Source: a virus
Virus record (IMG/VR): IMGVR_UViG_3300028895_000122
Strand: one strand, 5' to 3'
Length of the DNA: 64,000 bases
The position numbers and the translations under genes are program-made. This document shows, one piece after another, positions 62,004-64,000 of the stretch. The notes beneath the pieces were generated by a model. The model made no database searches and was not told the origin of the DNA. It was given only the letters and a program-made list of their open reading frames with translations. Positions within the stretch are counted from its first letter, which is position 1; each line of letters starts with the position of its first letter.

Positions 62004-64000
62004 ATGGCTAATATCGATAATGGCTTTAGAGTCGAACTTTTATCTTTAGATGATCAAACATTAGTGGTTTCTGGAAGTGCTGACCCATCAGTTAATCCGG
62101 GTTATGAAGCTCCTGTTGGGTCTATCTATACCAGAACAACTGGTCAAGTTTATACAAAGATTGGCCCTGCTGATACAGAATGGGGATCACTTGCCAATGG
62201 CAATACCATAGACGCTATATATGATGCAATGGGCGAACCTACTGGTCATGTTGATAGGGATCAATCAACAATATCATTTGATAATTTAACTAGAACATTT
62301 TCAATAGAACCGCGCAACCCAACACATACCTTATTTGAATATTATATAAATGGTGTAAAGTACGCAAGAACCGTTACAGACACAGTGCAAATTCCAAACG
62401 TAGACGGGACTCATTATATCTATTATGATACTGATCAAATCTTACACATTGAATCAGGGTCATTCAAACCTTTCTTAGTAACCGATGTTGCATTAACTGG
62501 CGTAGTATATTGGAATGTAGCAACACAAAAAGCAGTTTACTTTGGTGATGAGCGCCACGGCATTACTATGGATGGCGACACTCATTCTCACTTCCATATC
62601 TCGTTAGGGACTCTTTATATTAGTGGTTTGGGGTTAGCAAACATTATTTCAACTGGAACAGGCGACCTTGATACAGAAGCTCAGTTATCAGTAGGAAGTG
62701 GTACAATACGAGATGAAGACTTATCACACTTCATTGCAGATACAGGTGCAGGAGTAAATTCTTTTGATTTAACACAAGAGTTAGATCCTATTGCACAATT
62801 ACCTATTATATACAGAACAGGTGCAACAGGTATTTGGGCATCTAAATCAACAGCAGATAACTTTCCGTTAATATATAGCGGAGACTCAAGTGGTTACGTT
62901 GGTGCTAACGGTCGTCCAGCGTTCAATGAATGGACCGGTGCTACATGGCAATTATCGGAAGTTGATAATAATAAATATTTCTTTGTACATATTTTAGCAA
63001 CAAATGATCCACGTCATCCTATCATTGGTGTACAAGGTACAGAACAATATCAAAATAAACCACAAGGCCAAGAAGAAGCACGATCTGAATTTGCAGCATT
63101 TACTGGTTTACCGTTTGCTGAATTCTTCCCTATTGCTACTGTTATCTTCAAGACGGAAGACGTATTTACCAATACACCTAAAGCAAGAATTGCACAAACA
63201 GATGATGGTACTGATTATATTGATTGGCGTAACACTGAAGAGTTTGGTTTAAAGATTGTCGATTCGTTATCAGACCACGGTAACTTGAGCGGATTAACAG
63301 ATGACGATCATACACAATATGCATTAGCAGGCAGTGGATCAACAAGAACATTTGACTTAAATGATTTAATTGACGTTAATACAACAGGCGTTGCCAATGA
63401 TTATGTATTAACATACTCTGGCGGTACTTGGGTTGCATCGTTGCCTCCGGGCAGCGGTGGAGGCGAAGCCAATACAGCAAGTAACCAAGGTACGGCAGGC
63501 GTTGGTGTATTCATTGCAAAAGCAGGAACAGATTTGCAATTTAAAAACATTAATGCAGGAAGCAATTTAGTTTCTATAACAGACGATGTTGCTAACAACG
63601 AAATTGACATTGATGTTAACCAAGCTAATTTGGCAATCACAGAATCACAAATTACAGATTTACAAGCATACCTAACAACAGAAACAGATCCAGTATTCAC
63701 AGCAAGTCCAGCAGGTGGTATTCTTGCAGGTGATATAACAAACTGGAATACAGCATTTAGTTGGGGTGACCATAGTGTTGCGGGTTACTTAACAAATGTT
63801 GCAGGACAAGATCACACTACTCTAGCTAACATTGGTACTAATACTCACGCACAAATTGATACACATATTGCATCAACTAGTAATCCGCATAGTACATCGT
63901 TAGTTAATTTAACAGATACAATTATTACAACTCCTGCTAATGGCGAAGTGTTAACATATAATGGAGTACAGTGGGTCAATGCCGCACCAGTAACTGGAGC
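62004..64000 (+). CDS. large tail-fibre protein (partial, continues beyond window)
   Basis: Uninterrupted frame from the ATG at 62004 to the window end (over 665 aa). Recurring fibre-type units ANDYVLTYSGGTWVA / ANGEVLTYNGVQWVNA. Ser/Thr/Gly/Asn-rich. Absent from the ORF track because there is no stop in the window. Confidence 0.6.
   Translation, partial: MANIDNGFRVELLSLDDQTLVVSGSADPSVNPGYEAPVGSIYTRTTGQVYTKIGPADTEWGSLANGNTIDAIYDAMGEPTGHVDRDQSTISFDNLTRTFSIEPRNPTHTLFEYYINGVKYARTVTDTVQIPNVDGTHYIYYDTDQILHIESGSFKPFLVTDVALTGVVYWNVATQKAVYFGDERHGITMDGDTHSHFHISLGTLYISGLGLANIISTGTGDLDTEAQLSVGSGTIRDEDLSHFIADTGAGVNSFDLTQELDPIAQLPIIYRTGATGIWASKSTADNFPLIYSGDSSGYVGANGRPAFNEWTGATWQLSEVDNNKYFFVHILATNDPRHPIIGVQGTEQYQNKPQGQEEARSEFAAFTGLPFAEFFPIATVIFKTEDVFTNTPKARIAQTDDGTDYIDWRNTEEFGLKIVDSLSDHGNLSGLTDDDHTQYALAGSGSTRTFDLNDLIDVNTTGVANDYVLTYSGGTWVASLPPGSGGGEANTASNQGTAGVGVFIAKAGTDLQFKNINAGSNLVSITDDVANNEIDIDVNQANLAITESQITDLQAYLTTETDPVFTASPAGGILAGDITNWNTAFSWGDHSVAGYLTNVAGQDHTTLANIGTNTHAQIDTHIASTSNPHSTSLVNLTDTIITTPANGEVLTYNGVQWVNAAPVTG

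Overview
This 64-kb window is a densely packed stretch of a large T4-like (Tevenvirinae-type) myovirus genome, ~40% GC. From position 1 to 59.1 kb almost every gene is on the minus strand and is driven by very strong sigma70-type early promoters (TTGACA/C-N17-TATAAT/TATACT). From 59.1 kb onward the genes are on the plus strand and are late, tail-fibre-like genes preceded by TATAAATA-like motifs.

Recognisable T4 core genes:
- DNA polymerase gp43, here split into two ORFs joined by a split intein.
- Clamp loader gp44.
- Polynucleotide kinase PseT.
- RNA ligase RnlA.
- A co-chaperonin related to gp31/GroES.
- PhoH.
- Homing endonucleases of the GIY-YIG, HNH/EndoVII and Vsr-like kinds.

A large accessory repertoire sits between these:
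- A TGT/DpdA-family transglycosylase carrying the same C-terminal clamp-binding-like tail as the polymerase.
- A ClpA-like unfoldase and a DnaJ-like protein.
- A TctA/TctC-type transporter pair.
- A NadM-type NMN adenylyltransferase.
- A PAS-GGDEF diguanylate cyclase.
- A SpoT-like HD (p)ppGpp hydrolase.
- A type IV pilin-like protein and an SPFH/band-7 protein.
- A STAS-domain gene interrupted by an in-frame stop.
- Dozens of small ORFs, several below the 60-aa cutoff of the supplied track.

The most consistent reading is a large Vibrio or Aeromonas phage of the KVP40-like 'schizo-T-even' group, but no database search was possible. All calls rest on motifs I can read directly in the translations.
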